Below are positions 49,601 through 62,800 of a DNA stretch of 64,000 nucleotides, one piece after another (the stretch's first letter is position 1; each line of letters begins with the position of its first letter). Source of the stretch: Raillietiella orientalis (taxonomy: Eukaryota); NCBI GenBank assembly GCA_036172245.1, contig JAYWIR010000008.1, positions 3,596,001-3,660,000 on the forward strand. Direction: 5' to 3'. Below the pieces are notes generated by a model. It had not been told where the DNA came from and did no database searches. It worked only from the letters and a program-made list of their open reading frames with translations. The position numbers were made by a program, and so were the translations under genes.

Positions 49601-50977
49601 TGCGTGGGGCGTCAGGCGCGCGACGGTTCCTGAGGAACTCAGCGAACCCTCCCCTCTCCCCCCCCCCCTCCAAAAGGAAGAATGCTGCTGGCACACAAGA
49701 ACCTGTGTTTTTGTCATTGCATGCATCCCGCAGGTTGCGTGACGGAGACGTCAAGGGAATCCCGGAAACCTCTGAGGAACTTCGTAGCGTCTTCCAAAAG
49801 CCAAGCCTGGAAGTCAGCAGCATTCCCCTCCATAGTCCCGGACACAATGCTGCTGCTTGAGCGACGGCTGGCTACATCGCATCTTTCGACTCTTGGATTT
49901 GCTTTCCTCAACGCTAAAGATCGGTTTGCTGCGTCTTTTCCGAGGATCTCCTCGAAACGAGGGTTTTGTGGACTTTGTCCCGATGCCCACGCTTCCTTCC
50001 TCCCGATCTACCCAGAGCGCCAACCGCGAACCGAAGAGCTAATCGAGTCGGGAGTTCTTGGACATCGGTGCGGCGTTCGCGGGAACCTCGTCCTGCTCCC
50101 GTGTGTTTCTCGCTCCCTCCCTTTTCCCCGGACGAACCGATCCAACGGCCGCCTCGATCACGTGACTTTCGTGGTCGAAGAGTTCGTGCTCGCGCCGCGG
50201 TGGAGCCGTGTCGTCGAGGTCCGACGCCAGATCGAAGGTTTCGCAGAGGAGTGTCGCAATCGGGTGAAGCTGGAATGGAACACGACTGCTTCCCCATCGG
50301 GTACGTGCGCGCCCTCTTGCAGCCCCGGGCGGCCCTCAACACCCAATTCTCTCACCCAAGATCCCAATTTGAGCTTTGGATCGCACGAGCTTTCCTGGTT
50401 GATTCACTTCAGCCGAGCGTCCCTGAATGCAATCCCGAGGCGGAGAAACGAATTCGGGGTGCACGGAGTGTACAGGGTGGCACTTCGGAAGCGCAGGCAC
50501 CCGGACTGAGTTTCTCTCTGCCTTTTTTTCGATGATCCGACTGAGAGTTTCGAAGCCCTGCGGATCATCTCGAATACCTGCTGCCGCAGGAGGGAGGGGA
50601 GGGGGGGGGGAGAGGGGACCGGCACCCAAGACAGAGCGTTTTCCGCGCTCCTGCTTTGAGTACGAGGATGGAGGGGGAGCTGTAGGTCACTTGGGAGGAA
50701 TTCCATTTCCGACGAACGGTAATGGGGCAGGCAGATCAGAATCGATCGAACTGAGCCCGGGTGGATGGGGAGGGAGGAGGGCGAACACTGGAAAATCCTA
50801 CGCGACAACGCCATCATAAGATGAATCTTTCCACGTTTGACGACGGTCAGAGGAAGTCATGAGTTCCCCGTGTGTTTCTGTCCGCCTGCACCGGTCGGCC
50901 TGAGGGCGCCTTACACCCTCGAGTTTCCTTGTTCCCGAAACTGATCGAGAGCTTCCCTCTCGTGACCTCTGTTTAAG

Positions 50978-52040
50978 GATTAGTTTGAAAGAATAAGGAA
51001 AGAAGAGGTTTATGAAGAAAACAGCAATTGCTGATGCCATGGGGACAAATCAGTGAGGATTCTGACGGAAAATGAAACAAACAATTCTAATGGAAACAAA
51101 GAGTGAAGCGAAGGAAAGAAGGGCGGCCATGAGAGTTTTATGCAGCACCCACCGGATGTGATCCCAAGAAACTGACGCAAGAGGGTTTAGGCGTGGTGTC
51201 TCACACAGGTAATCCCGGCCTCAGTCCACCTTAACGACTTCCTGCAATGCTTCTTCACTTCCGGCAACTCACTCGAGTGCCCGAAACAGTATTCGAATTT
51301 CCGAGGGTGCCCGGATCTCAACGAGGCAACCTGGCAGCTGCTAAAATCCCAACGTCAGGGTTCAAGCAGAGTTGAAGAATGAGGCAGGAAACACGTAAGG
51401 ATTTGACACGTACAGACCTCGTTTACTTTGTTCCGAAGAGTGTAGATGAGCCACTTGGTTAATCCCATTTCTCGAGAAGTCCACCGAGTGCTTCTGATAA
51501 GGGAAAACACTTAATACCAGTTTTCCTACAGGTAAACAAACATGCAGTTTCGTTCTCGAGCTGACCTTCAAGTTGTGCCGGCTGGAAATTCAAATTTTCT
51601 GGTTACCCAGGCAATGCTGTGTGTGTGTGTGTGGGTGGGTGGGGGCTCACTCCAACAGTCTAAGAGACGGAAATGACGAAAAATTCGATTGCACACGCCG
51701 AAGAGACTGAATGCTTTTCTGAGAAGCCACAAGAGAACGGCAGTCGTGTTTATTCGAAAGGAACGGCTAATTTTGGATAAAATACAGCCACGCCATCCTG
51801 CAGATTTAGCACTGTGGCAACCATTCTTTCATCAGGTATGAGTCGTATCTCGTTTTTTCCCCTCTCCCCGACAATTTCCTCTTTAGCTTCCTCAAATACA
51901 GCAAGCGCGCACTCCCTGCTTTATAATCAACAACCCCGAAAATTCCATTAGAATCTTCACTGTTTTTTCTCCATTGCATCAGCAATCGCTGTTATCTTCA
52001 TAAACCTCTTTTTTTTTTCTTTCCTTTTTGCAAACCAATC
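50978..52040. repeat. Inverted repeat, ~95-bp arms (50978-51070 and 51942-52040) with ~870-bp spacer
   Basis: aagaggtttatgaagaaaacagcaattgctgatgccatgg..cagtgaggattct on + matches aagaggtttatgaagataacagcgattgctgatgcaatgg..cagtgaagattct on -. Confidence 0.85.
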
Positions 52041-53342
52041 GGTGCGACCTCTAACCGGAACTCCCGAGCCCTAAGGCATGCAATACTTCATTTCATAGAA
52101 AATACTTGCAGCCGGTGGACATTTGTCTAAGGAACATTTGAATAATAAACATGAAAAGAACTACCTTTTCGAATGCATAGTTGGGATGCATTTGCAAAAG
52201 AACGGATTAAGGGAAATGGATGCAAGCAGCCATGATGACGGAACAGTGCACCCGGTTATCATGAGATTCCAAATAACCAGAATCTCGTTTTATTTAGAGA
52301 GAAAACGAAATTCTCGCAAACCCGAGATCTCAAGCATCCGTTCCGATTTTTCGGAATTATCGGTCCAACGTGATTGAAGATAAACAATGCAACAGGTGTT
52401 GAGCGCTGAAGATGACTCTTTGGCAGATCATGCCAGGTTACCGCTCTTTTAGTTTTGAAGAAAAAGATACGGAAGTTTCGTCTCCACCGATTTTTTCCTG
52501 ATTTGTGCACTCTTTCTGATTCAGGCCAGTGTTCTTATGGCTGCTGATCGTTTCTGACTCCTGTGCCAGGCATCCCATCCCTCACCAGGTTGTGTTTAGG
52601 GCAGGTGGTGCAGAAGAGGTGCGTTTCCTTCAAGCTCACACCCGTTCCTTCCGATTCCTATTTCTTCATATGTTCGTGCTTACAACAAGCACGGACCTCT
52701 CCTTTGTGCATTTTCTCGGGTGCTGCAAGAATGACTCGGTTCGTGGTAACCGCGTCAGTCTTGCAGCACCCGAGAAATACCTTGGAAGATATGGGTTCAC
52801 GATGCTTCCTCACTGCCAATTATTTCTATTGCGTCCTATTCACGGTGCAGGGTAATTTATAAATAAAACGAGTTCTCGCCCCCCCCCCCCCCCCCATAAA
52901 TATTCAGTCATCCATGTATATTCATACAGGTTAGATGAGTATACACATATGTGTCCTCCTAAGTGCAGGCATCTAAGTAGGGCGAGGTCCGCGAAGAAAC
53001 GCTTGCCACGCTTGGTTGCCGTGAAGCTTCCAGTAGCAACACCAACACTGTTGAGATTAAATGTACTTTTTTTCCTAAAAAAGTATCACGCAATCATTTT
53101 ACGTAATGCTTCCGATGATATTTTTCATGCAAGCACGGGGAGCGGGGGGGATGGGATGTGAACAAGATGGTAGAACACGCTTGTGCCGAAGAACAGGGAC
53201 TGGCTGCGGTTGCCATGCAACTGGGGAAAAAGATAGCACGGCTTCTGTTGGCATGTATGGGGACATGCATCTTCGTCTGTGTCTAAATGCAAACTTCCGA
53301 TGAGTGCTGTTTGTACAGAAAAAAAAAAAAATGAAAAAAACC

Positions 53343-55070
53343 TTTTTTATAATGGTGGGTTGACACCCGGTCACGCCGGGGCGTTTATTCAAAATAAACT
53401 TACAAGTCTGTGGTGGGACGTTTCATCCTCCCACGTTACTTAATACTATGGGAAGGAGGAACCTGCCGGGGACTGCCACGGCAGGCCAGCGGGGTTCGCC
53501 TCGACAGCACAGGTGAGGAAGTAAATACAGGGGAAGAGGATACAAAAAAAAATAAAAGCAAAATTACAAAAAAAAAAAAAAAAAAAAATTGGGAGGGTTC
53601 GGGAAGGGATCACTGCGTGCTGGAGGGTGTCCTCTGCATCCCTGTAAGGATGCCCTGTTTTATGGTTCCCAGATGGGGCCATCTTGATACTGTCCTCAGA
53701 AACAGGACCGCAAAATACACGTCCTCTGGAGTTGCTCCATGCATCAGCGATCCCGCGTAGGCAGCGAAGCGCTGCTGGGGATGCGGCCGGCGTGAGGGTG
53801 CCGCGCAGGAAGAGGCGCTTCAAAACGTCTCTGGGGTTGCCCTTGGTAATCCGCAGGGACGCGGCGAAGCGTTCCCACATGGGGCGGAGGGCAAAACACT
53901 CCATGAGCAGGTGCGGGAGGGACTCTCTCTCGCCGCACCTGCTGCAGTTGGGGCTCACCTCCTCCCCCGGATCCAGTGGTGTCGGCGGGCGTTGCACGGG
54001 AGACCCCAGTGCAGCAGCATCAATGCCGACTACTGCCACTTCAGGGGGTATGCTGGCACTGTTCCAACACTCTGGGGTACCTCCTCCGGAGGAATTTGTA
54101 GCAATTCCCTACCGAGCGTGGCAGCCCGTTTGGTGGGGACACGCGGCGTCTGCCAGCTCCCGAGTTGTCCATGCCCCCAGATGTCTTTTCCCGCTCCCTA
54201 TCACGCAGGTCATCGTGGGTGCATACATAGGAACTGTGATGGTCGTGCAACAGTTTCTTTTCAAACATGGAAAGTATAGGACACGCCTTCCTTTACTCCC
54301 AGAAGAGTGAGCCTCTTCTATCACGAAAGCACGCTTGTGAATTGGTCTTGCGAACGCTTCCGAAGACTCGCACCGGTTTGGCGGCTTGCAAATGCCGAGG
54401 GATGTGAGGAAGTGCATCCACGCACGAGAGGAGGTTGGCAAGAGGAAGGAAACGCAGAAGATCGCTCGAGAACAAGCGAACGGGACGAGCCGAGAGTGGA
54501 TGCTGTTGTCGAAGTCATTCGGGAACATTCCTGTCGTCCAGGAAAAGTTTTTCTTTCCGCATGCCACGCCGCTGTTTTAACAAACTAGCATCAGGGAATA
54601 CTCCAAACTACCCAACCACGAGCATCACAAACAGGGATGGAGAAGAGAAAAATCGACCGGCCGTTGTCCTGTCGCTTCAACGAAGGGCAACTCCCTCTTT
54701 GCATGCCACGTTCAGAAATTGCCAAGCAGCCGACGCCTTAAGGGATATCGACGAAAGCTGCGCAGAAACTGCGGCTCGACTTTGGCGGTTCCCCGTGCCA
54801 TCCACACCGCCTTCTGGAGCAATCTCTCGAGAAGGTGCGACGCCGCTCAGGAACACCCACCCCGTGGTAAGCACACAGAAGAGAAACATGCTTGCGTCCG
54901 GGTCGGGGAACAACGGGCTGCTACCTCTCTGCAGATCAAAGAGGACAGCAGGGCGTCTGGCGCGCCACAGGAAGGAACCATGAAAATTCCGGGCCCAGGA
55001 TAGAGGGAGCACGGGCAGACTATTGGGGCTTCCATGGAGAGTACCTCACTTACTACCACATGGCAGTTTC
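53343..55070 (-). mobile_element. 5'-truncated L1/Tx1-like LINE (post-RT region, zinc finger, 3' UTR)
   Basis: FLWRARRPAV (FLW.GK.P.V) and CSRCGERESLPHLLMECFALRPMW (zf-RVT CxxC..E...H...C). Homologous to 58180-58939. T-rich UTR, then AATAAA+hairpin at 53389-53360 and a short A run. Confidence 0.75.
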
Positions 55071-55663
55071 CTTATTCTTCACGAGTTTTCGAAAAGCGAC
55101 CCGAATTAAGCATTTCCCGGCGATCACTTAATGCATTTGCCTCTCCAGAATGGTAAAGCACGAAACATGGAGAATTTCAATTTTGCTTCATATCACTCAT
55201 CATGTTGGCTATCAAAACGGTGTACAGCATGGGGGAAAGTGGTCCGAATAAATTTTAAATAAATCTCTTGGCACAAAAACCCAATTCCTACACTTTATTT
55301 CCTGTATTAGTGGTAGAACAACACTCATGTTTGTGACTGGATTAAATCAGCCACATTTTTATTACATAAACTCTTTTCTCAAACTTTCGCTTAGAAAATC
55401 ACGATTTTTCGCACTCTCAGTAGAAATATCAAAAAAGAAATTCAGCATACTGAACACTTCAAGTTGTACAAGAACTTGTCTGCAAATTACTCAACTTCAT
55501 GAACTGGAATTCTACATATGCATTGCTTCTTATTAATGCAACAAAAATGCAACACAGCAAATAGGAAATTCAGAACTTGAAAGCTTTGAAGAACTCCCTG
55601 TATGTTTGATTAATCTACCATTGTCTACAACACGAAGCTACGCTTTTCCGAATAAAAACAAAT

Positions 55664-57028
55664 TCATATACTGATGCCCAGCTTTCTAGCCTTGCTGAAC
55701 CATTCATTTCTGCTCATGTAGCAACCACCCATAGATCTATGACCAGTGAAGGCCTCTCTCCCATGCATGACACGCCAATTGTCAACAAATACAACAGTTC
55801 CAGGCTGCAGTTTCAAACAGATATGATTTTTTTTATCTAATATAATATCAGAAAACTTGATGAGGCTTTCGTAGAATTTTAAGTACTGTGATGCAGGAAC
55901 AGTGCATACAGGAGCTCTATCATTTGCATTAAATCTGCAAAAGACCAAGGTCACTTCCTACACTACAAGCAACATTACCTAACAAATTCCAATTTTCCAG
56001 TTATTACATGATGCCCAAAAGTTTGATGTAATGATCGATAATGTCTAGATCTATCCCTATATTCATATGGAACAGGAACTGTACTAAGAACTTTATAAGC
56101 TTCGGGGTCTCTATTCTGCAATAACTGTGCACAATGGAATCCATCCACAAACACATTAGCACCACCTTGAACATCATGGCTCAAACAATGAAAAACTTGC
56201 AGCCTGTTCAATTTCTCAATCCCAAAGCATAATTATGACATACTTACCCAGCAGGTTCCAAAAAATACAGTGTGTCATTATGTGGATCCAATGCTACATT
56301 GGAATATGCCATATCACACACATCATCCTGTACTACAGAAGTAGTAAACATTTCTCCATAACAGGATTTCAATGGCATTCCAATACGTTCAACCACTAGT
56401 TTTGTTGCTTCTAATGTAGGAGGGGTCACCTGCAATTGCATGCTAGAAAATGAAGAAAAAAAAGGAGCTTACCTCGTGGAGGAAAGCAATCCCATATTTC
56501 TTTAGAGATACGAGAATTTTCTTTAATGCTGCATCATGAAGAAGCAAATCCTTTTGTGTAACGGAATCTGATAGTAAAAGTTCAATTGAAGCACTATCCC
56601 AACAGGTAACCAATGGATCAGCCTCCTCAAAATTCTTCTCATAGGTTGCCTCACATAATGAGCACATGCTATATGTGGAAGTATGTCCATCCGCCCCTCA
56701 AATGACATACATCAATCACAAATCATACCGACTGAATAGATCCCATAAATTTGCAAACCCAAGATGAACTTCCTAAAGGTTTTTCAACAAATTTCGTTTT
56801 ACTCACAGCGAACCTTCAAGACTTCATCTTGCAAATCAACTGACGCCGCCTTCCAATTCTGAAGCTTTTGCAAGCTACCAAGCTTTTGAAACGTGACTTC
56901 ATTATAGCATTCTTTACATCTACAATGATCTCTCAGGAACACGAACGGTATACAGCAGCTGCTGTTTTGTGATGTGCGATACAGAGAAACTCCTCTTTCG
57001 CACCACTCGCACCTCCATCCAAGCCGGG
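55664..57028 (-). CDS. TMLHE: Trimethyllysine dioxygenase (carnitine biosynthesis), 2OG-Fe(II) oxygenase
   Basis: Exons 57028-56807, 56696-56473, 56429-56248, 56203-55979, 55934-55664; first exon uncertain (ATG at 57187 possible). Motifs FLRDHCRC..CYN, WADGH, LDPHNDTLYFLEPAGLQVFHCL (human TMLHE LDRHTDTTYFQEPCGIQVFHCL), VDGF, RFNANDRA, VDNWRVMHGREAFTG.R.MGGCY. Confidence 0.92.
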
Positions 57029-57447
57029 CTGGAATATTTATTGAATGCCATTACCAACAGATAAAGGAACCATTACATTAAAGCAGACACCAACTTCTTT
57101 CACGGCCAATAAACACACAACGGAAACCCTTCCAAAGCACACGCGCAGGACACCCGTACTTTTCTTTACTCGTGTTTCTTTTCCCATTTACGCTTACGCT
57201 TCGCAGACTGGGATGGGGCGGGGTGAGCAAAGAGGAGAAAAAAAAAAAAAACGGTCATCATCCCCTTCCCGGGTACCTTCCTGCGTCGCCTTGCTCCGTA
57301 CTGACGTGACATGGCTTCCCGTGAACCAAAGATGGCCACGGGACCCCAAACGTCGCAGCTTTGCCAGACTCATTTCCCTGAGGCGCTGGTGGAACCTCGC
57401 GACCCGACCTGTTTCTTCCCCTCAAATCGGCAGTCTTGAGTGATTCC

Positions 57448-57450
<3 letters not shown>

Positions 57451-57478
<28 letters not shown>
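57451..57478. repeat. (AC)14 microsatellite
   Basis: Perfect AC run. Confidence 0.95.
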
Positions 57479-58179
57479 CGTCCGTTCGGGAACCAGATAC
57501 TGGCTGCATGACGGGGCAAAGTCTCTGTGTACAAGTAGGATTCAACGCACCCGACCTTACGTCCGGAGTGTGGTACACTTCATTGGACATGAACATCCAA
57601 ACTTTGCATGTCTCCTAGGAGAAGAACGATTATCATGCAGCATCGCATTGGAGAACTTCGGTCCACCTTGAGAACGCTGGTGTCCCTTACTACTGCAAAG
57701 TGTTCAAGTCTGCATAAGATCAGACGCAGGAGACTCCAGAGATGTTTCTGTTCCAAGTAGACTCTTGGATGGTACTCTCTAGGAAACGCAGATGTGCTCC
57801 TAGTGACCACCGATTCATGAATATCTTGGTAACATGCATGGATGTAGGAAATAAATGTTCCTTTATTCACTGTAGCCTCTGTTTCGTTTGGCTCTAAGAA
57901 TACGACTAGCCAATAATCTTGAAGAGAAAATCGTTTATTTTTAAAGAGAGGTTCGCGAAAGAAAGGTAAGAATTGCTGAAGTGCGGATTGTGCTTTCTGT
58001 TACAGCATGAAATACATTGGAAATGTCCATGCATCGGCTCTCCAATTACAAATGAGGCAATCTTAAGTTGCTCGATTCGTTTTAAAACGTATTTGGAAGG
58101 CAAATGGCTTCGCAAATTCCGTGGAATCCACTGCGCAATATGTAAATGTCCAGCAGAGCTACTTTCGATATAGTTGCCT

Positions 58180-59204
58180 TTTTTCCTCTACACAGTTTGT
58201 GCCTCGATCTCAAGGTGTGCGCTTCCTCAACCCTCCTTGCCCCCGTGCTGCCCTCCCTGAGAGAAGCTAGGGACAGCCAAGAGGAGGCATCGTGGGAAGT
58301 GTCCTGCCTCATCGGAGGCAGGAAAAAACTGTTAAAGGCGTCGACGTCCCGGGAACTAGCGGGCGCTACAACCCCGAGTGTCCCGCCGAATGGACTTGTG
58401 CTCTGGGGCGAGCTGCTCAATTACCTCCGGAGGAGGTGAAGTGGCCCCCGGCGTCTTGGGACAGCGGCACCCTCCCTTTGGATTGCCAGGAGACGGCGCT
58501 GCTTGTGCTCCATTGGGGACTTTTAAGCAAAGCACGCCTGTCTCACTGGACGTTAGGTAGAATGGATGCCAATAGTGCAGAGTACGGGAAAAGGGAGACC
58601 TTCCCCCACTTAATTATCGAGTGTGCTGCCCTCCGCCTGATGTGGGATCGACTCTCGTCGATCCTAAACATTCCGGTGGGAGACCCTAAGAACATTTTCC
58701 GTCGCCTCCTGATGCGGGACGCCCCGCTAGCCGCCGCATGTATTGCAGTTCTCTGCTGCATACGCGGAATCCTGAATAAGTGGACCACGTCAAGGAGAAG
58801 CCCCAGCAGTCGGAATGCCATCCACTGGGAAGTCATCTCTATGGAGAAAGCTTCCCATTGGCGCCGGCTGAGAAAAATACTGCCTGCACTTGTCCGCATC
58901 CAAAGGCGGATGCAGAGACCTCCTCACGGCGTACCGTGATCCCTTCCCTTCCCTCCCTTCCCCATAAAACATTGTCCCTCCAAGTGTTTTTTTTTCTGGT
59001 TTTCCCGCCCCCTTCGCCAGTGAAGAGGACCTTACCGGCCTCAGGGTCGATAAGGACAAGTGCCCAAGACAGTCAGAACGATGTGTTCTGACTGAAAAAT
59101 AAGTTCAAATGACAAGACTTTATTATAAAATTTTCATTTGCAAAATTTTAATAATAAAAGCCCCGGCTTACCCGGGTGAAAAACCTCGATCTCGAGGTGA
59201 AAAA
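58180..59204 (+). mobile_element. 5'-truncated L1/Tx1-like LINE 3' end
   Basis: CLIGGRKKLLKASTSRELAG vs CVIGSGKRHLGAWTTRELAD, and GKRETFPHLIIECAALRLMWDRLSSILNI..GDPKNIFRRL vs GERESLPHLLMECFALRPMWERFAASLRI..GNPRDVLKRL in the 53-55 kb copy. Ends in AATAAAAGCCCCGGCTTACCCGGGTGAAAAA. Confidence 0.78.
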
Positions 59205-59899
59205 TTCTCTAATGCAAACGATTGGGAGTGAACTTTGAGTAGCTGTACCTCGTATTCGGTCTTCACCCTTTTATAGCTCTCGAGTTCTCATCGAATGTGA
59301 TATCGCTAGTTTTCCAAATTCCTTAATTTGGTTATGAGGGGCTTGTTATTCAGAATACGGGACTCGGTTTCTGAGCGAATAAGGAGGAGATGTTATGTTA
59401 GAATACAAACACTGGGAATGATTATGAAGAGGGGATCAAAAACACCCCAATTTTCTTGTCGGGGTGGCAAAGCAACGTGACATGGCATTAGCCACCATAG
59501 TGAAGGGAACGAAGCGACAAGAAAGCGCCTTTAGTTTCAAGGCTAGAAAGTTAGACAAGTTCCCTCGAAATGATCTCGGAAGGAACCGGTAGTTGTGGAG
59601 GCATGGAGAGCACATCACTGATGTTTTTTTAGTAGTCAGCTACAAGAAACATATATTATCAGTACTTTTCTGCTTGAAAAAAAAAAAAAAAAAAAAACTT
59701 GAATTCTCTCAGTAAATCAATGCAGACTTTATCATCCTCGAGGGATCAATAGAAACCGCCTGCAAAGCAATCAGCGGAGGATCTGAATAAGTCGAGTCGG
59801 AGAAAAGCAATGCATTTTTTTTTCAAGAACAGAGGCCAAATGGCTGGCTGGAAAACTAATGAGTATAGGATGTCACACAGTCCCCTTTCTGATGAGGCA

Positions 59900-62800
59900 A
59901 CATGACTTGTGCACAGTGGCACACGTGTTTAAAAGAGGCACTTCCTGGAAGACAAGTAACGGAAGAAAGAAGGGCGGTGGCTACAGCAGCTTGCACGAAT
60001 CTTTTTGACAACCGCTGCTCATTGCTGAAAAAGAAGTCACGCTGCTTCAATAACGCAAAGGCGAGAACTCATTTCAAAACAGGAAGACAACTCCTAGCAA
60101 AATTTAATGGATCCTTTGAAAAATCCTACATTCCTAGCGGGAGACAGGACGAGGAGATGCTCTTGTTCGTCATCTTTTGCAGGATTCACACATGGAGTGT
60201 GCCACCGCGCACACGAGCGTAATGGTGGTTTGGCAAACAGCTTGCAACTAACGCTGCGTTCTTTGCAGACTGCCAAAATGCCTTAAGATGAACACACAGA
60301 GATCAAAGCTTAGCCATTTCAAATTTCCTGCCCTGGTTGAAATCCTTCACCGGAATCTTGCGGGCACGGTCTGAGCATCCCGACAACTGTCGCGTTCTCT
60401 GGGAACACTGGCACGGTTGTGAGCATATTCCAGATCACGTGCAATATGAATCTGCGTATGAAGAACGGGAGGAAGTGTTCGTGACTGGTACTCCGAACAC
60501 AGATTACAGAGTGCTGGCGGACAGTCGTCGTCTTGCACCCTCGACTGCTGCAAAGCACTGAAGACACATGCAAGCAAGGTGCGAACCGGTGAAGAAGGGC
60601 ATTATCAGAACGATGAGTTGATGTACCATGCCGTCTAAGACAAGTTTCCATTCCTGGTGCACACTTGTGAGCGAATGTTAATCGTCGTTCTGGTGGCATT
60701 CGCATTTTCCCGTTTGTCGACTTGATGGACGAACTCGTCTCGAAGATTTTTCGGTTTTCGTCGCTTTCCGGATGGTTGGTGTTTCAGCATTGCACCAGGG
60801 AGCCTCGTATTTATCTCCGGGTTTCACTGATTGTGGACTGCTATCCCTGCTTGCACGAACAAATCAGAACACCAAGAGGAAACAAGCAGCACAAATGGAT
60901 CCTGAGAATCGAGCGCAGACTCTGCGCTGGGGTTCGTTGGTGCTGTGTGTTCGCTCGCGTACGGTTCAACTGATGACTTCCAGATAAATCGTGCCCAGGG
61001 CACTGACTCCTTCTGCTTGTGTAGGTTTCCAACGAAAGCATCTTTGTGTGTGTGTGCGCGCGTGTTTTCCTTTTGTAGTTTATGTCGAGCTATTTGTCTC
61101 CCGCAGTCAGCAGTAGGGTGTCAAGTAGACACGCAATGATTTGCGCGAGAACCTGACACCGACGTCCGAAGAAAAGCAGGAATTTCGCCTTCCTCTTCTC
61201 TCTCTCTCCTCCCCCTTCCTCCCCCCCCGTCAATCGAGGACAAACCCGAAACTTCCCGGCATTCGAAAAGGGCATCGGAAGCAACTGGGGCAACGAACAG
61301 CAAGTTCGTTGTGCAGAACACCAAGGTTCTGGAATTCGTTTACTGGGTTCCCCAGTGAGGAAAAGGAGGCGTCTGCGGCACGGAAACACGGAAGGGAAGA
61401 TGAAATCATTTTCAGCGGCGCGTCTGCCGATGACCCGTCCCTGAGCTCGAAGATGGAGTCGCATGCAGAGTCTCTCCGGGTACACCTGCTAGCTGGGTGT
61501 GTGTGATACACTTTCCTGAAGCTGCATCTGGCCGCCCAGACCGATTCCCTCTCTGCGAGTGCTGCCGAGGTCGGGACAACTTTCCGTCTCCCTACGGGGC
61601 TCCCAGTATAACACCGATTTACTACGTCGTTCTTGTTGCATGTTAGGTTTGCATGCGAAATTCCCGAACGGTTCCTTTTTATTTTTCTTTTTTCTTTTCT
61701 TATCTTTCCTTCGAAACTGCGGGTCAGAAGAACGTTATTTTCCTACTGGCACGCGCGGAAGGAAGATTTCCGAAGTGCATTTGCTTGAATGCTCGGGAGT
61801 TCCCCATCCCTCGGAGCTCGATGGCACCACCGACACGAAGTTTATCAGGTTGGCATAAGTAGAATACAAGCTGTGATCGAAAACAAAAAAAACACCCCCA
61901 CAAAATCTTGACAAAAGACAAATGAGCGAAGGAAAGCTCTTGCAAGAGCAAGCTGTGGACGCCAACATTCGGTGTGCGGCCACGAAAACTGCCGGGAGTC
62001 ATCAGCGACTCCTCCTCCTCCTCAACGACTTTTCTCGGCAAGTCGGTGCTGCTTGCAATGTGGCAATCAACGTAACAGCCCATCGGCAGCGGAGTTGGCT
62101 GTTACGTTGACCTTCCGAGATTGAGGTCAGTCCGGCTGGGTGCACCGAGGCGCTTCCCAGCCGGGTGCTTGGGGCGAACGTGGCGGCGTCTCGCGATCCA
62201 CCCGAAACGGGGTTCCGGGGATGCAATTCTGAGTCACGTGTTTGCTCTGCGCCGATACGGCCGCGTGCTTCTGTGCATTTTCCCTGCGGGAAACGGCGCC
62301 TGCTCGCGCGGAAGGGAGCGCCCCCCAGAGCCAGCGCCGGGTGGAGGAGACCGTCGGGGCGAGTGATCTGTGTCCCGCGCCAGGTCTCGATCCAACTTAC
62401 GCGTCGTGGAGCCCATACGCTCCTGCACTCTCGCACACCTGCGTCAGCGGCCGCGATCTCCTTCTCCTCGAGCTGCGAACGCACGTGGGAGCCGCTGATG
62501 GACCCCTCTCCCGTGGAGAGACAGGCGGTTTCACAAGGAAGGAGCTTTTCGGCGCGCGCGTGTGTGTGGGGATGGGAGGGGTGTGTGCGTTTCGCCCTCT
62601 TGTGTGTTCTTCCAGGAGCGAGACCACGCGTGAAACGGGTGGTCCGTCAGCCTTGCCGTGTGAACACGTCGGAATCTCCTGGGCGAAACTGCCTGCCGGC
62701 TCAGATCTGTCCTGGCTCTCTTCCCGCTCTGCCGGTCTTCTCTTCCCACGACTTCCGGCCGTTTCCCGCGTGCCCACGTACGCATCTGCCCGTTCGGGGT

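Noticed and set aside
55664..57028. Gamma-butyrobetaine dioxygenase (BBOX1) call
   Set aside because: The segment HNDTLYFLEPAGLQVFHCL matches TMLHE, not the BBOX1 HTDYPALHHPPGVQLLHC pattern.
57480..58170. Possible extra gene upstream of TMLHE
   Set aside because: Only short ORFs with no recognisable motifs or consistent splice chain.
53343..59204. TMLHE captured in a composite transposon with inverted ends
   Set aside because: The flanks are diverged, outward-facing LINE 3' fragments from independent insertions, not terminal inverted repeats; the gene keeps its introns.
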